A DNA stretch of 32,485 nt, from assembly GCF_006345805.1 (NCBI RefSeq), contig NW_021831980.1:1-32485 (forward strand). The letters are read 5' to 3'. Position 1 is the stretch's first letter. Each line of letters opens with the position of its first letter. A program made the translations under genes and the position numbers. This document shows, in pieces, positions 1-11,004 of the stretch. The DNA is from Octopus sinensis. Taxonomy: Eukaryota. Under the pieces are notes generated by a model that did not search any database, was not told the origin of the DNA, and saw nothing but the letters and a program-made list of their open reading frames with translations.

Positions 1-64
1 ATGAAAAAAAAAGAAAGAGAGAAAGAAGTATACACACGGCATACACTGGAAAAGAAAGACATAT

Positions 65-117
65 TCATAGCATAATAGTAATAAAATAATAATAATAATA
101 ATAATAATCATAATAAT

Positions 118-149
<32 letters not shown>

Positions 150-403
150 ATAATAATAATAACAATAATAATAATAATAATAATAATAAAATAATAATAA
201 TAATAACAACAATATAATAATAATAATGATAATAATGATGATGATGATGATAATAATACTAATAATAATAGATAAACAACAAATAATAACAATAATAATA
301 ATCATAATAATAATAATATAATAAAAACAGTAATTAATAATATAATAATAATAATAATATAATAATAATATAATAAAATAGTAGTAGTAGTAGTAGTAGT
401 AGT
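65..403. repeat. (AAT)n microsatellite with (GAT) interruptions, ending in (AGT)n
   Basis: Directly visible trinucleotide runs; they explain the poly-I/L/Y ORFs at 65-305. Confidence 0.95.
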
Positions 404-555
404 CTTTTTATTTTGTCACAAAGGCAACAGATGAGGGATACTAGACGTACGGAACATAAAACAGTAGGGTTTTCTGCAAAAACAGCATTAAAAAAAGGGA
501 GAAAAAATGTAAATATGAAACCATAATAAACAAGAGCGAGAACAACAGCAACGAC

Positions 556-682
556 TATGATGACGATGATGAGGGCGACGAAGGCGATGAAGGCGATGAC
601 GACGGTGGTGGTGATGATGGTGGTGGTGGTGGTGGTGATGGTTGTGGTGGTGATGGTTGTGATGGTGGTGAGGATGATGGCA
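556..682. repeat. Degenerate (GAT/GGT)n microsatellite
   Basis: Visible gatgat/ggtggt runs. Confidence 0.9.
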
Positions 683-769
683 ATGATCTTTTCTTTCATA
701 GGAAGACAACGAAAAAAAATGGAAAGAAAGATACATATAAGATGTAAATAAATTTTAAAAAAAAGGCAT

Positions 770-1345
770 GGACAGGAAGAAGGAGTAGACGAAGAAGAAG
801 AAGAAGAAAAACAAGAAAAGGAAAGAGGAAAAGAAGAAGAAGAAGATGAACAAGAAAAGGAAAGAGGAAAAGAAGAAGAAGAAAAAGAAAAAGAAGAACA
901 AGAAGAAGAAAAGAACAAGAACAAGAACAAGAAAAGGGAGAAGGAAAAGAAGACGAAGAAGAAGAAGAAGTTGAAGAAGGAGAAAAATTGAAGAAGAAGA
1001 AGAAGAAGAAGAAGAAGAAGAAGAAGAAGAAGAAAAGAAGAAGAAGAAGAGCGGAAGAAGAGGAGGAAAAAGAATGGAGAAGGAAAGAAAGGAAGAAAGA
1101 ACGAAAGGAAACAGAAAGAAAACAGAAAGCTGGAAATGACCGAATCTTTTCTCTTCAGCAAAAAAAAAAGAAAAAGAAAGGGAAAGAAAAACAAGAAAGA
1201 ACACAAGAATTACTTCAAAACAAAACAATGCCATCAACTCAACCGCCATTTTCTACATGAACAAGAAGAAGAAGAAGAAGAACAACAACAACAGCAACAA
1301 CTTCAAGAAAGAAAATCTCTACAACAACAACAACAAAGATAACAA
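770..1345. repeat. Purine-rich (GAA)n / (CAA)n low-complexity tract
   Basis: gaagaa runs, plus a 39-bp-period duplication (acaagaaaaggaaagaggaaaagaagaagaagaa at ~811 and ~850). Confidence 0.9.
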
Positions 1346-1587
1346 TAAGCGGCGTTACCATTTTTTTTTTTTTTTTGCTTTTTTTTTTTTTGGCTTTCTT
1401 TATTGCGTCAAGAAGCGAAATTTGATTCACAATAAATGTCTAGAACAGTGAAAAGCTGATGCTGAACTAGGAATGGTTATTTTCACACGGGAAGAAAAAG
1501 TTACAATCTCGGCTTTAGTGCCATCAAATTTAGGCCTGTTTTATTATTATTATTATTTTTTTTTTTCGTGTTTTAACTCGAAACCAG

Positions 1588-1616
1588 TAATAATAATAAT
1601 AATAATAACAATAATA

Positions 1617-1712
<96 letters not shown>

Positions 1713-1915
1713 GTAATAATAATAGTAGTAGTAGTAGTAGTTGTAGTAGTAGTAGTAGTAGTAAAAATAATAATAATGATCACTTCTGACATTGGCACGA
1801 ACAGGACAAGACGTAAGACATTTTTGGTGTGTGTGTGTGTGTGTGACTGTTTGTGTGTGAGAGAGAGAGAAAGAAAGAAATAGAGAAACAAAGAGATAGA
1901 TAGATAGATAGCTAG

Positions 1916-1962
<47 letters not shown>
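1588..1962. repeat. Compound microsatellite: (AAT)n-(AGT)n, then (GT)n-(GA)n-(GATA)n-(GA)n
   Basis: Directly visible. Confidence 0.92.
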
Positions 1963-1964
<2 letters not shown>

Positions 1965-2219
1965 CGGGGGTGGTGTTGGTTGATGAGATAGATCAACCAC
2001 AGTAGGATTACAACACGAAGTCGACTCCGACAGGATTTTCAATTCAGGAAAAAAAGAAAAAAAGTAAAAAGAAAAAAAAAGAAAAGACCCCCACCCCCGA
2101 CTCCCGCCCCCCAAAAAACTTCCCCTCCTGTAAATAGAGGTAGCTAAAATGGCCTCAGGCTTTTCATTTTGTCTGGCGCGCTGCCGATTCTGACATCCTA
2201 TACCATTAATAATAAAACT

Positions 2220-2264
2220 AGCACTAGCACCACCACCACCACCACCACCACCACCACCACCACC

Positions 2265-2310
<46 letters not shown>

Positions 2311-2468
2311 TACTACTACTGCTGCTGCTGCTGCTGCTACTACTACTACTACTACTACTACTATAACTACTGCTGCTGCTGCTGCTACTACTACTACTAC
2401 TACTACTTCTACTACTGTTGCTACTACTACTACTACTACTACTACTACTATAACTACTGTTGCTGCTG

Positions 2469-2508
<40 letters not shown>

Positions 2509-2516
2509 TACTGTTG

Positions 2517-2550
<34 letters not shown>

Positions 2551-2615
2551 TACTGTTGCTACTACTACTACTACTACTACTGCTACTACTATTACTACTG
2601 CTGCTGCTACTACTG

Positions 2616-2652
<37 letters not shown>

Positions 2653-2663
2653 TACTGTTGCTG

Positions 2664-2724
<61 letters not shown>
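2220..2724. repeat. (CAC)n-(TAC)n-(TGC)n trinucleotide array with higher-order units
   Basis: Directly visible; recurring variant block tacttctactactgttgct. Confidence 0.95.
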
Positions 2725-2726
<2 letters not shown>

Positions 2727-2939
2727 TTGTTTCAAATTTATTTGCCATCAGGTCCGATTCATTCATTAATTCGATAAACGTATATATACCAAACCTGTTA
2801 CTAAATATGTGAGAATTAAAAGAAAAAAGAAGATATTTCAAAAACAGAAGGGGGGGGGAGTAAAAACGTGACGTAATCTATTAAGACTTGCCACAAAAGG
2901 TTTAGCTAAATATATAAATACATATATAAACAAGATTTA

Positions 2940-2969
2940 TATATTTACACATAAATATATATATATGTA

Positions 2970-3039
<70 letters not shown>

Positions 3040-3250
3040 AGGATAAAAGGAACACACTAGTTGACTTTTTTTTCCATACACACACACATATATATATGTA
3101 CATACATACATACATACTTTCAGATATACATACATATATATAGAGAGAGAGAGAAAGAGAGAAAGAAGATACACACATACATATATACAAATACACACGC
3201 ATATGTATATATTATTATATATTTGTATGTATGTATGTATCTACATATAT
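2940..3250. repeat. Compound (TA)n/(CA)n/(GA)n/(TATG)n microsatellite region
   Basis: Directly visible. Confidence 0.9.
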
Positions 3251-3256
3251 TTTTTT

Positions 3257-3305
3257 ATTCTTCTATTTGTTTCAGTCTTTTGACTGCGGCTATGCTGGAG
3301 CACCG
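3257..3305 (-). mobile_element. 3'-terminal fragment of SINE family A
   Basis: tttgtttcagtcttttgactgcggctatgctggagcaccg matches the 3' end of the full family A copies at 6551, 8145, 9657 and 10268. Confidence 0.8.
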
Positions 3306-3330
3306 ATTATCAATAATATGGGTAGCTTAA

Positions 3331-3729
3331 TGCGGTAAGTGGCAGAAACGTTTGCACGCCGGACGAAATTGCTTAACGGTATTTCGTCTGCCGCTACGTT
3401 CTCAGTTCAAATTCCACCGAGGTCAACTTTGCCTTTCATCCTTTCGGGGTCGATAAATTAAGTACCAGTTACGCACTGGGGTCGATATAATCGACTTAAT
3501 CCGCCTGTCTGTCCTTGTTTGTCTCCTCTGTGTTTAGCTCCTTGTGGGTAGTAAAGAAATAGGCATTTCGTCTGTCTTTACGTTCTGAGTTCTAATTCCG
3601 CCGATGTCGACTTTGCTTTTCATCCTTTCCTGGTCGATAAATCAAGTACCAGTTTCGTACTGAGGTCGATCTAATCGACTGGTCTCATCCCCCAAAATGT
3701 CAGGCCTTGTGCCTAGAGTAGAAAAGAAT
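3331..3729 (+). mobile_element. tRNA-derived SINE family B, heterodimer (tail-1 unit + 5'-truncated tail-2 unit)
   Basis: Head ggcagaaacgtttgcacgccggacgaaa with B-box-like agttcaaattcc; core gcctttcatcctttcggggtcgataaattaagtaccagtt occurs twice; flanked by a 15-bp TSD aatatgggt(a/g)gctta at 3315-3329 and 3727-3741. Confidence 0.9.
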
Positions 3730-4099
3730 ATGGGTGGCTTATTAGCAATTTAACAACCTAAAGAAAATTATAGAAGTCACTAAAGAGCCAGAGGCTACAC
3801 AGGGGTACTGGCATTGCTAGAAATAAGAGTCAAAATGTCTCGTTAGCTACAAGAGCATTATCTAAATAAGCGGAATAAGCATCCTATCTAGTGAGTGAAT
3901 TTTCTGTTTGTCCCTTTGAAGTGATTCTGTTTAATTTTGGAACATATATGTGTGTGTGTATGTGTATACATTTTGTTTGGAGGTTAACCAGGCCGTCGTC
4001 TTGGGGAGAGGATCACCAACGTTCAATGTGCCGGGCTTTTAATAATTACTTAGATATATTTCACTTATAATGCTGCAAGATCTTTTGTACGCAAAGTTG

Positions 4100-4790
4100 T
4101 GATGGAAATGTAAGCCACTGGTAGGAAGGTTTCAGCTCATTAATGCGAGATAAAAATTCCAAACATTTAAACACTAAAGAACACCACAATTAAACAAACG
4201 GTTTCAAAGCAATATAATCCCAGAAAATCAAGGAGGGCCATCGCTGGAGAACTTTTAATGTTGGGGTGAACTATTAGAACTGTGACACACGAGAACAATC
4301 CTTAGAAGCCGTGTTTACGCAGGAGAAGCAAATTCACTTCTGCTAAGAGGCAGGGAAACCATTTGCGGTTAAGTTAAGTTAAGTTAATTTTTTGGCTCAA
4401 AAGTCAAAAAGCAAGGCCATGTAGGGGGACATGGAGTTATGTACAGGGTGGTGTTCATGCAAAGAGCTCAGGCCATTTCTGGTCAAGGGAGACTTTGAAC
4501 CGAGCAGTCGTCGGCATCTTCACTATCTTGTCAGGCAGCTTATTCCCTTAACCCATAGACCACTACACTTGGAGCATTACTGAAGGGGAGACACATAGAC
4601 ATCCTCTCAAAGGGCGCCATTGTCCTGCTGATGTCCTAAATTAACAAGGACTATTTAGTACAAGGCCAGGTCAATAATTGCGGTCGCGCATTGAAACAGT
4701 CATCGAAGATGAATGCGGGTTCATAGAGTAATCTTATCAAAAAGGTTATCGAGAATATATCCATAATTTATTTTTAGCAATGTCACCCTG
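4100..4790 (+). pseudogene. Highly decayed Tc1/mariner (maT-like) transposase relic, internally deleted and interrupted by a LINE fragment
   Basis: Conceptual translation gives NPRKSRRAIAGELLMLG*TIRTV (HTH; compare NPRKSMRSIAKNLHV in the 12372 element) and, after the insertion, MS*INKDYLV...RSRIETVIEDECGFIE* (compare ISKMNRDHLI...RSHIEAVVEAEGSFLE* at 13400-13490); possible right end tcaccctg at ~4783-4790. Confidence 0.6.
4371..4620 (-). mobile_element. 3' end of a CR1/L2-type LINE with (AACTT)n tail
   Basis: Minus-strand translation at 4544-4455 gives NKLPDKIVKMPTTARFKVSLDQKWPELFA*, matching the WNxLPxxVV-x-FKxxLD C-terminal motif of CR1/L2 ORF2; short 3' UTR ending in aacttaacttaactt; 5' boundary approximate. 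Confidence 0.7.
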
Positions 4791-4854
4791 ATCGAACAGG
4801 GTGGACAGAAACAGTCGCAAACGATCTCATAATCATCCGGAAAGAGCCCAAAAT

Positions 4855-4877
4855 ACTACTAACTACTACTACTACTA

Positions 4878-4941
<64 letters not shown>

Positions 4942-5026
4942 TTGCTGCTGCTACCACCACCACTACTGCTACTACTACTACTACTACTACTAAACCACTA
5001 CCACCACCACCACCACCACCACCACC

Positions 5027-5084
<58 letters not shown>

Positions 5085-5290
5085 AAAAACCACCACCACC
5101 GCCAGTAGTACCACTAATACCACTACTACTCAAACCACCCTACAACCACCATCACTTCTTCTAGTACTACTACTACTACACTACTACTACTACCACTCAA
5201 ACAATCGCTACCACCACACCCTTCCACCGCCGCCTTTACCACTACTACTACAACTACTATTACTAAACCACTACCACCACCGCTACTACT

Positions 5291-5342
<52 letters not shown>

Positions 5343-5353
5343 AACTACTACTA
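4855..5353. repeat. (TAC)n/(TGC)n/(CAC)n degenerate trinucleotide array
   Basis: Directly visible. Confidence 0.95.
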
Positions 5354-5631
5354 TTCATCATTTGATCTAAATCAGATTCAGCTTTAGTCATTGCCATTGT
5401 CTTTGAGCGTTTGTTTATCTTCGTGACTTGGCAGTAGAAATGTCATGATCGCATCTCTTATCTTTACAGCCTTAATTTTGGAGTTTTTAATATCACATCA
5501 AGCATCACAATAATGACAGTGGTCACTAACTTTATAGTAATTAATTAGCTCTGCGGTCAACGACTTGCATGTGTGAGTAAGTGTGAGTGAGTGTATATAT
5601 ATATGTGTGTGTGTGTGTATATAAATATGAT

Positions 5632-5675
<44 letters not shown>

Positions 5676-5811
5676 TTTAGCAATTAAGGACAACTACTTA
5701 ATAAGGAAAACTTAAGAAATTGTCAGGTAGATAGCGTAAAAACCTCATAAGAGAAAAAATTTCGAAATTAGTAATATTTTTGGTAGAAATGACTAATTGT
5801 CCCTCTTAGCG

Positions 5812-5864
5812 TTTGGCATGTATGTATAATGCCTTCTGGCATGTATGTATAATGCCCTCTATAT

Positions 5865-5911
<47 letters not shown>

Positions 5912-6139
5912 ATATATATATGAAAATGTGTGTGCGTTCGGGATGAGAATATTTGGCATGTATGTATAATGCCTTCTGGCATGTATGTATAATGCCCTCT
6001 ATATATAAATTATATTATATATATATATGTGTGTGTGTTGTGTATATATTATGAAAATGTGTGTGCGTCGGATGAGAATATTTGGCATGTATGTATAATG
6101 CCTTCTGGCATGTATGTATAATGCCCTCTATATATAAAT

Positions 6140-6172
<33 letters not shown>

Positions 6173-6212
6173 ATATATATATGAAAATGTGTGTGCGTTC
6201 GGGATGAGAATA
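5812..6212. repeat. Three-copy tandem repeat (140, 129 and 132 bp units) with internal microsatellites
   Basis: Unit tttggcatgtatgtataatgccttctggcatgtatgtataatgccctc-(TA)n-(GT)n-gaaaatgtgtgtgcgttcgggatgagaata starts at 5812, 5952 and 6081. Confidence 0.95.
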
Positions 6213-6490
6213 TCTTCAAATAATTTTGTTCGGTTTTCTTTTAGAAGATAATAATCGGTCTATAATCGAATCACAAAGCCCATCTTGTGTAGTGGACATC
6301 GCTGAGGTTAAACTATTAATTGGAATTCTGGACACAAAAAAAAAAATTTATGCGCATCTGACGGTCCTTGATCTTAGAGTCCCGTGGATCAATAAATACA
6401 GTAATTCCAGTTTTGGCGTATCCAACATTTTATGGGTGGTACATAAATGTAGAACTAATGCCAGTATTGTAGATTACAATTTCTAAAGAA

Positions 6491-6541
<51 letters not shown>

Positions 6542-6550
6542 CAGCAGCAT

Positions 6551-6918
6551 ACTCTTACTCTCTTTTACTCTTTTACTTGTTTCAGTCATTTGACTGCGGC
6601 CATGCTGGAGCACCGCCTTTAGTCGAGCAAATCGACCCCGGGACTTATTCTTTGTAAGCCCAGTACTTATTCTATCGGTCTCTTTTACCGAACCGCTAGG
6701 TGACGGGGACCTAAACACACCAGCATCGGTTGTCAAGCAATGCTAGGGGGACAAACACAGACACACAAACACATACATACATATATATATATACATATAT
6801 ACGACAGGCATCTTTCAGTTTCCGTCTACCAAATCCACTCACAAGGCATTGGTCGGCCCGGGGCTATAGTAGAAGACACTTGCCCAAGATGCCACGCAGT
6901 GGGACTGAACCCGGAACC

Positions 6919-6921
<3 letters not shown>
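6551..6921 (-). mobile_element. tRNA-derived SINE family A (head truncated), adjacent to (AGT)n at 6491-6540
   Basis: Minus strand has B-box-like ggttccgggttcagtccc, body, internal (TA/TG) tract and (AAAGAGT)n-type tail; A-box part missing. Confidence 0.92.
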
Positions 6922-6950
<29 letters not shown>

Positions 6951-6955
<5 letters not shown>

Positions 6956-7748
6956 CAAAATTTAGAGGATTGACCACTAAAAGTGGACAGCCTGTATGCT
7001 AGATATAGACGTCAAAATCGCCATTTTCCACGGAGAATGTGTTCTCAAGAAAAAAATTCAGCAAAAAACCAAAGCGTAAAAATAAGCAAGACAAATGAAA
7101 ATATACGAAATAAAAAAAACCGATTATCTATGTACTATTTAGTTTCACTTGTTAATATTTACGTATATGAATGCATAAACATCTGCAAGATCATCAGCAT
7201 AGTCTGTCGTTTACGAAACACAATTTCTAGAGCTCGACCGAAATCCAGCATTGTATAAAGTTCCACAAATGATATTTATGTGTATCTTCCAAATGCCTTC
7301 ACTTTGGCGCGCTAAGCAGAGGAAAAGAAACCAACCGGGATTCCCTAAGTAACGGCGAGTGAACCGGATGAAGCCCAACGCCGAATCTCGTCGGCCGCGC
7401 CGGGTCGTCGAGAGCTGTGGGGCAAGGGTCGTACACGGTCGATCGTTTCGCCCGGCTAGGTTCGGAGTCCCCTCGATCGGGGCTGCCCAGAGCGGGTGCC
7501 AGGCCCATTCGGGGCCGGCGGCGATCGGCGGTGTTCATCGGCCCGAGAGTCGGGTTGCTTGGGAACGCAGCCCAAAGCGGGTGGTAAGCTAATTAATAAA
7601 TTACCGCAGTCAGTTTACCGGTTAGAGAACATTTTTTTTATTATTTAAAATGACATAAGGGTAGAAATTGATATTAGTCAATTAAGACGTCTATATCTAG
7701 CATACAGGCTGTCAAATTTTAGTGGTCAATCCTCTAAATTTTGTATTT
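6951..7748. mobile_element. Non-autonomous inverted-repeat (TIR/foldback) element, ~800 bp
   Basis: 63-bp inverted arms at 6951-7013 and 7686-7748 with 61/63 matches; (TA)n runs lie outside both arms; no transposase ORF. Confidence 0.75.
7313..7590 (+). rRNA. Isolated 28S (LSU) rRNA fragment, 5' region including the D1 expansion segment; pseudogenic, not an rDNA unit
   Basis: Conserved LSU motifs gaggaaaagaaaccaaccgggattccctaagtaacggcgagtgaa and cccgagagtcgggttgcttgggaacgcagcccaaagcgggtggtaa; GC- and CpG-rich island with abrupt AT-rich boundaries; no 5.8S, ITS2 or downstream 28S. Confidence 0.93.
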
Positions 7749-7789
7749 TAATCTTCGGAATTTTTAAATATGCTAGGCCACTGGTATTT

Positions 7790-7806
7790 AATATATATAT
7801 ATAATA

Positions 7807-7861
<55 letters not shown>

Positions 7862-7925
7862 TGTGTATGTATGTATGTATGTATGTATATATATATGTAT
7901 ATATATGTATATATATATATACAGC
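7790..7925. repeat. (TA)n-(GT)n-(TATG)n compound microsatellite
   Basis: Directly visible. Confidence 0.9.
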
Positions 7926-8144
7926 CTATGTTATACACATATTGAACAATATGTGAATAAGGTATTCTGGAATACATTTCGAAGTTTTTAGACCAAAATT
8001 TACAGAGAAAACAGTTAAGTCGACTTTAACTCCAAGAGAACTTTGGAGAAACAGCAATTCCATGTGAAATACAATACAGTACCATACATACATACATACA
8101 TACATATGTATATTATGTATGCTTATATTTATATATATAATTAT

Positions 8145-8545
8145 ATTCTTTTATTTGTTTCAGTCATTTGACTGCAGCCATGCTGGAGCACCGCCTTTAG
8201 TCGAGCAAATCGACCCCCAGGACTTATTCTTAGTAAGCCTAGTACTTATTCTATCGGTATCTTTTGCCGAACCGCTTAGTTACGGGGACGTTAACACACC
8301 AGCATCGATTGCCAAGCGATTTTTTTTCGGGGGTGGGGGGGTGGACAAGCAAACACAAACACACACACATATGTATATATATACGACGGGGTTCATTCAG
8401 TTTCCGACTACCAAATCCATCAGAAGGATTTGGTCGGCCCGTGGCTATAGTAGAAGACACTTGTTCAAGGAGCCACGCAGTGGGACTCAACCCGGAACCA
8501 TGTGGTTGGTAAGCAAGCAACTTACCCCACTGCCACTCCTGTGTC

Positions 8546-8547
<2 letters not shown>
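8145..8547 (-). mobile_element. SINE family A, near full length, followed by (AC)n at 8549-8610
   Basis: Minus-strand head caggagtggcagtggggtaag (A box) and ggttccgggttgagtccc (B box); body and tail match the other copies. Confidence 0.92.
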
Positions 8548-8613
<66 letters not shown>

Positions 8614-8938
8614 GAAGTTTGCATATAAATTTAATAAATGTATATATAAATGTATATATACATTAATAAATGTATATATACTTATCTAAGAGATTTGATC
8701 AAGTTTTCCGTTCGATATACAAATAGTATGACAGTTGACGATTTGGCCTTTATTTTTCAACGCTCTTCGTCGGAACGCCCTCCTCTGCAGAATTCTTTCT
8801 TTTAACGAATGAAACCATTTCTGAACATCGTGTTTTTTTCTTTTATATTTATTCATTTGCAGTCTTTGGTCTCTTTGTCAATCAATCACCCAAGTTTATC
8901 AATTTCTGGGGGACCTGGCAAAGATAAGGGCAGTGACT

Positions 8939-8939
<1 letters not shown>

Positions 8940-8975
<36 letters not shown>

Positions 8976-9003
8976 CACACAATATATGCACACACACACA
9001 CAC

Positions 9004-9046
<43 letters not shown>

Positions 9047-9160
9047 TATATATATATACCCAGACAAAAATACATACACACATATATATAGTCTGTATTT
9101 GTGCCACCGTGTGCGTGCATAAATGCGTGTATGTATATATGTACGTATACAGTATAAAAC

Positions 9161-9191
<31 letters not shown>

Positions 9192-9194
9192 ACA

Positions 9195-9225
<31 letters not shown>

Positions 9226-9263
9226 CTATATAATATATATATATTACACATACAATATATATA

Positions 9264-9329
<66 letters not shown>

Positions 9330-9330
9330 A
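8940..9330. repeat. (AC)n/(TA)n/(TATG)n compound microsatellite
   Basis: Directly visible. Confidence 0.92.
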
Positions 9331-9656
9331 TGTAGGATATATGCATATGATATAGTCACTGACCTTATTGTTCTAGGTCTAATAGAAATTGACAAACTGA
9401 ATGATTGATTGACAAAAAAATCGGACACCGATCTAAACACACATTTAAGTGGTGGCGCCACAGGACCAAAATAAAGTAAAAAGTTCTTATTTTAATTACT
9501 TTATATATTAATATAAATAGAAAACGCATTTAATTACTTAAAATATTGTCATATTTAAATTCTTCCCTGAGGAACGACTGGTTTCTGACAAATATACGAG
9601 GCTCCATCATTTGAATGTCGATATCGAAAACAATACCACAATTTAAACTTGAAAAA

Positions 9657-10080
9657 CTCTTACTGTTTTACTCTTATACTCTTTTACTTGTTTCAGTCAT
9701 TTGACTGCGGCCATGCTGGAGCACCGCCTTTAATCGAGCAACTGGACCCCGGGATTTATTCTTTTGTAAGCCCCAGTACTTATTCTATCGTTTTCTTTTG
9801 CCGAACCGCTAAGTAACGGGGACATAAACACACCAGCATCGTTTGTCAAGCAATGCTAGGGGGGGGGGGGCAAACACAGACACACAAACACACACATATA
9901 TATATATATATATACATATATACGACGGGCTTCTTTCAGTTTCCGTCTACCAAAATCCACTCACAAGGCATTGGTCGGCCCGAGGCTATAGTAGAAGACA
10001 CTTGCCCAAGGTGCCACGCAGTGGGACTGAACCCGGAACCATGTGGTTCGTAAGCAAGCTACTTACCACACAGTGACTCG
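9657..10080 (-). mobile_element. SINE family A
   Basis: Same head, body and tail as other family A copies. Confidence 0.93.
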
Positions 10081-10267
10081 CATATTTTTACTTTTTTACA
10101 TTTTTACTGTAAATGTATCGTGTGAGCTGATTTAACTCTTTCCCTCAAAATACCAGCTTGTCCGGATTGTCCGTTAGGCATTTACTCACAAGGCCAAGCG
10201 CACTAATTATTAATGGTATAAATGTGAATTTATAATCTGGATGTAGAAAGTGGAGGCGTCGAAGCAG

Positions 10268-10696
10268 TTACTCTTACTCTTTACTCTTTTACTCTTTTAC
10301 TTGTTTCAGTCATTTGACTGCGGCCATGCTGGAGCACCGCCTTTAGTCGAGCAAATCGACCCCGGGACTTATTCTTTGTAAGCCCAGTACTTATTCTATC
10401 GCTCTCTTTTGCCGAACCGCTTAGTTACGGGGACGTAAACACACCAGCATCGGTTGTCAAGCAATGCTAGGGGGACAAACACAGACACACAAACATATAC
10501 ACACACACTTATATATATATATATACATATATACGACAGGCTTCTTTCAGTTTCTGTCTACCAAATCAACTCACAAGGCATTGGTCGGCCCGGGGCTATA
10601 GCAGAAGACACTTGCCCAAGATGCCACGCAGTGGGACTGAACCCGGAACCATGTGGTTGGTTAGCAAGCTCTTACCACACAGGCACTCCTGCGCCT
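10268..10696 (-). mobile_element. SINE family A, full length
   Basis: Minus-strand head aggcgcaggagtgcctgtgtggtaag and B box ggttccgggttcagtccc; tail (aaagagt)n; splits the LINE reading frame between GQ and LLR. Confidence 0.95.
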
Positions 10697-11004
10697 ATGT
10701 TGTCCATAATTATCCTCTTTCTTCTTGATTTTTCAAAGAGTTATTCACATCAGCAGGGCAGCTGACCTCATAAGTTCTTTTGTCTGTCCCAAACAGCACT
10801 ATTCGGTCTGTTACGTATACACTTGAAAGATGCTGTGATGGAAATGTTCACCAGCTTTCCTTGTGTTGATTTTTGTGCCTCGATGACATTTTGGGGGCAG
10901 CTAGCAATAACATGTGTGATGTCATCCATATGGATATGACATAACCTATATTTTCGGTTGCATCTTTCAGCTCCAAGGGATCAATTGTCTCCTTTGTTTA
11001 ATAT

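Larger units (their letters stand above)
9560..10990 (-). pseudogene. 3' relic of a non-LTR retrotransposon with restriction-like endonuclease (R4/Dong/NeSL-type), split by two SINE A insertions
   Basis: Minus-strand translation: CHIHMDDITHVIASCP-KMSSR (cysteine-histidine motif), RNRPNSAVWDRQKN..YEVSCPADVNNSLKNQE..YGQ, then after the SINE LLRRLHFLHPDYKFTFIPLIISALGLVSKCL; 9560-9655 resembles the 3' UTR of the copy at 31300-31400 (gatatcgacattcaaatgatggagcc vs gatgttgaaattccaatgaaggagcc). Confidence 0.8.

Noticed and set aside
65-2841. Long poly-I/L/Y/T/V/K ORFs in the track (also 11000-11965, 19103-19876, 24645-25091 and 27678-29417)
   Set aside because: They are translations of trinucleotide, dinucleotide or TATG microsatellites, which lack stops by composition; there is no domain content
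5685-5810. Possible tiny MITE (taaggacaacta ... taattgtccctctta)
   Set aside because: The inverted match is too short and imperfect to distinguish from chance
5812-6212. CRISPR-like repeat/spacer appearance (also 29841-30280)
   Set aside because: Eukaryotic context, the apparent spacers are homologous or microsatellite rather than unique, and there are no cas genes
6226-6486. 86-aa ORF and a mostly open opposite-strand frame
   Set aside because: No recognisable motif; starts at a non-ATG codon; the opposite frame contains a stop
6455-7002. Recurrent ORFs of the type MSSNARGTNTDTQ.. / ..WSARGYSRRHLPK.. (also at 8119, 9843, 10454, 14552, 17833 and 20168)
   Set aside because: They lie within SINE A copies; their recurrence reflects the repeat, not a gene family
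7299-7592. GC-rich ORFs on both strands
   Set aside because: They overlap the 28S rRNA fragment
8686-8856. 56-aa basic ORF on the minus strand (MNKYKRKKHDVQKWFHSLKERILQRRAFRRR...)
   Set aside because: Short, no recognisable family or splice support; expected by chance in unique AT-rich DNA
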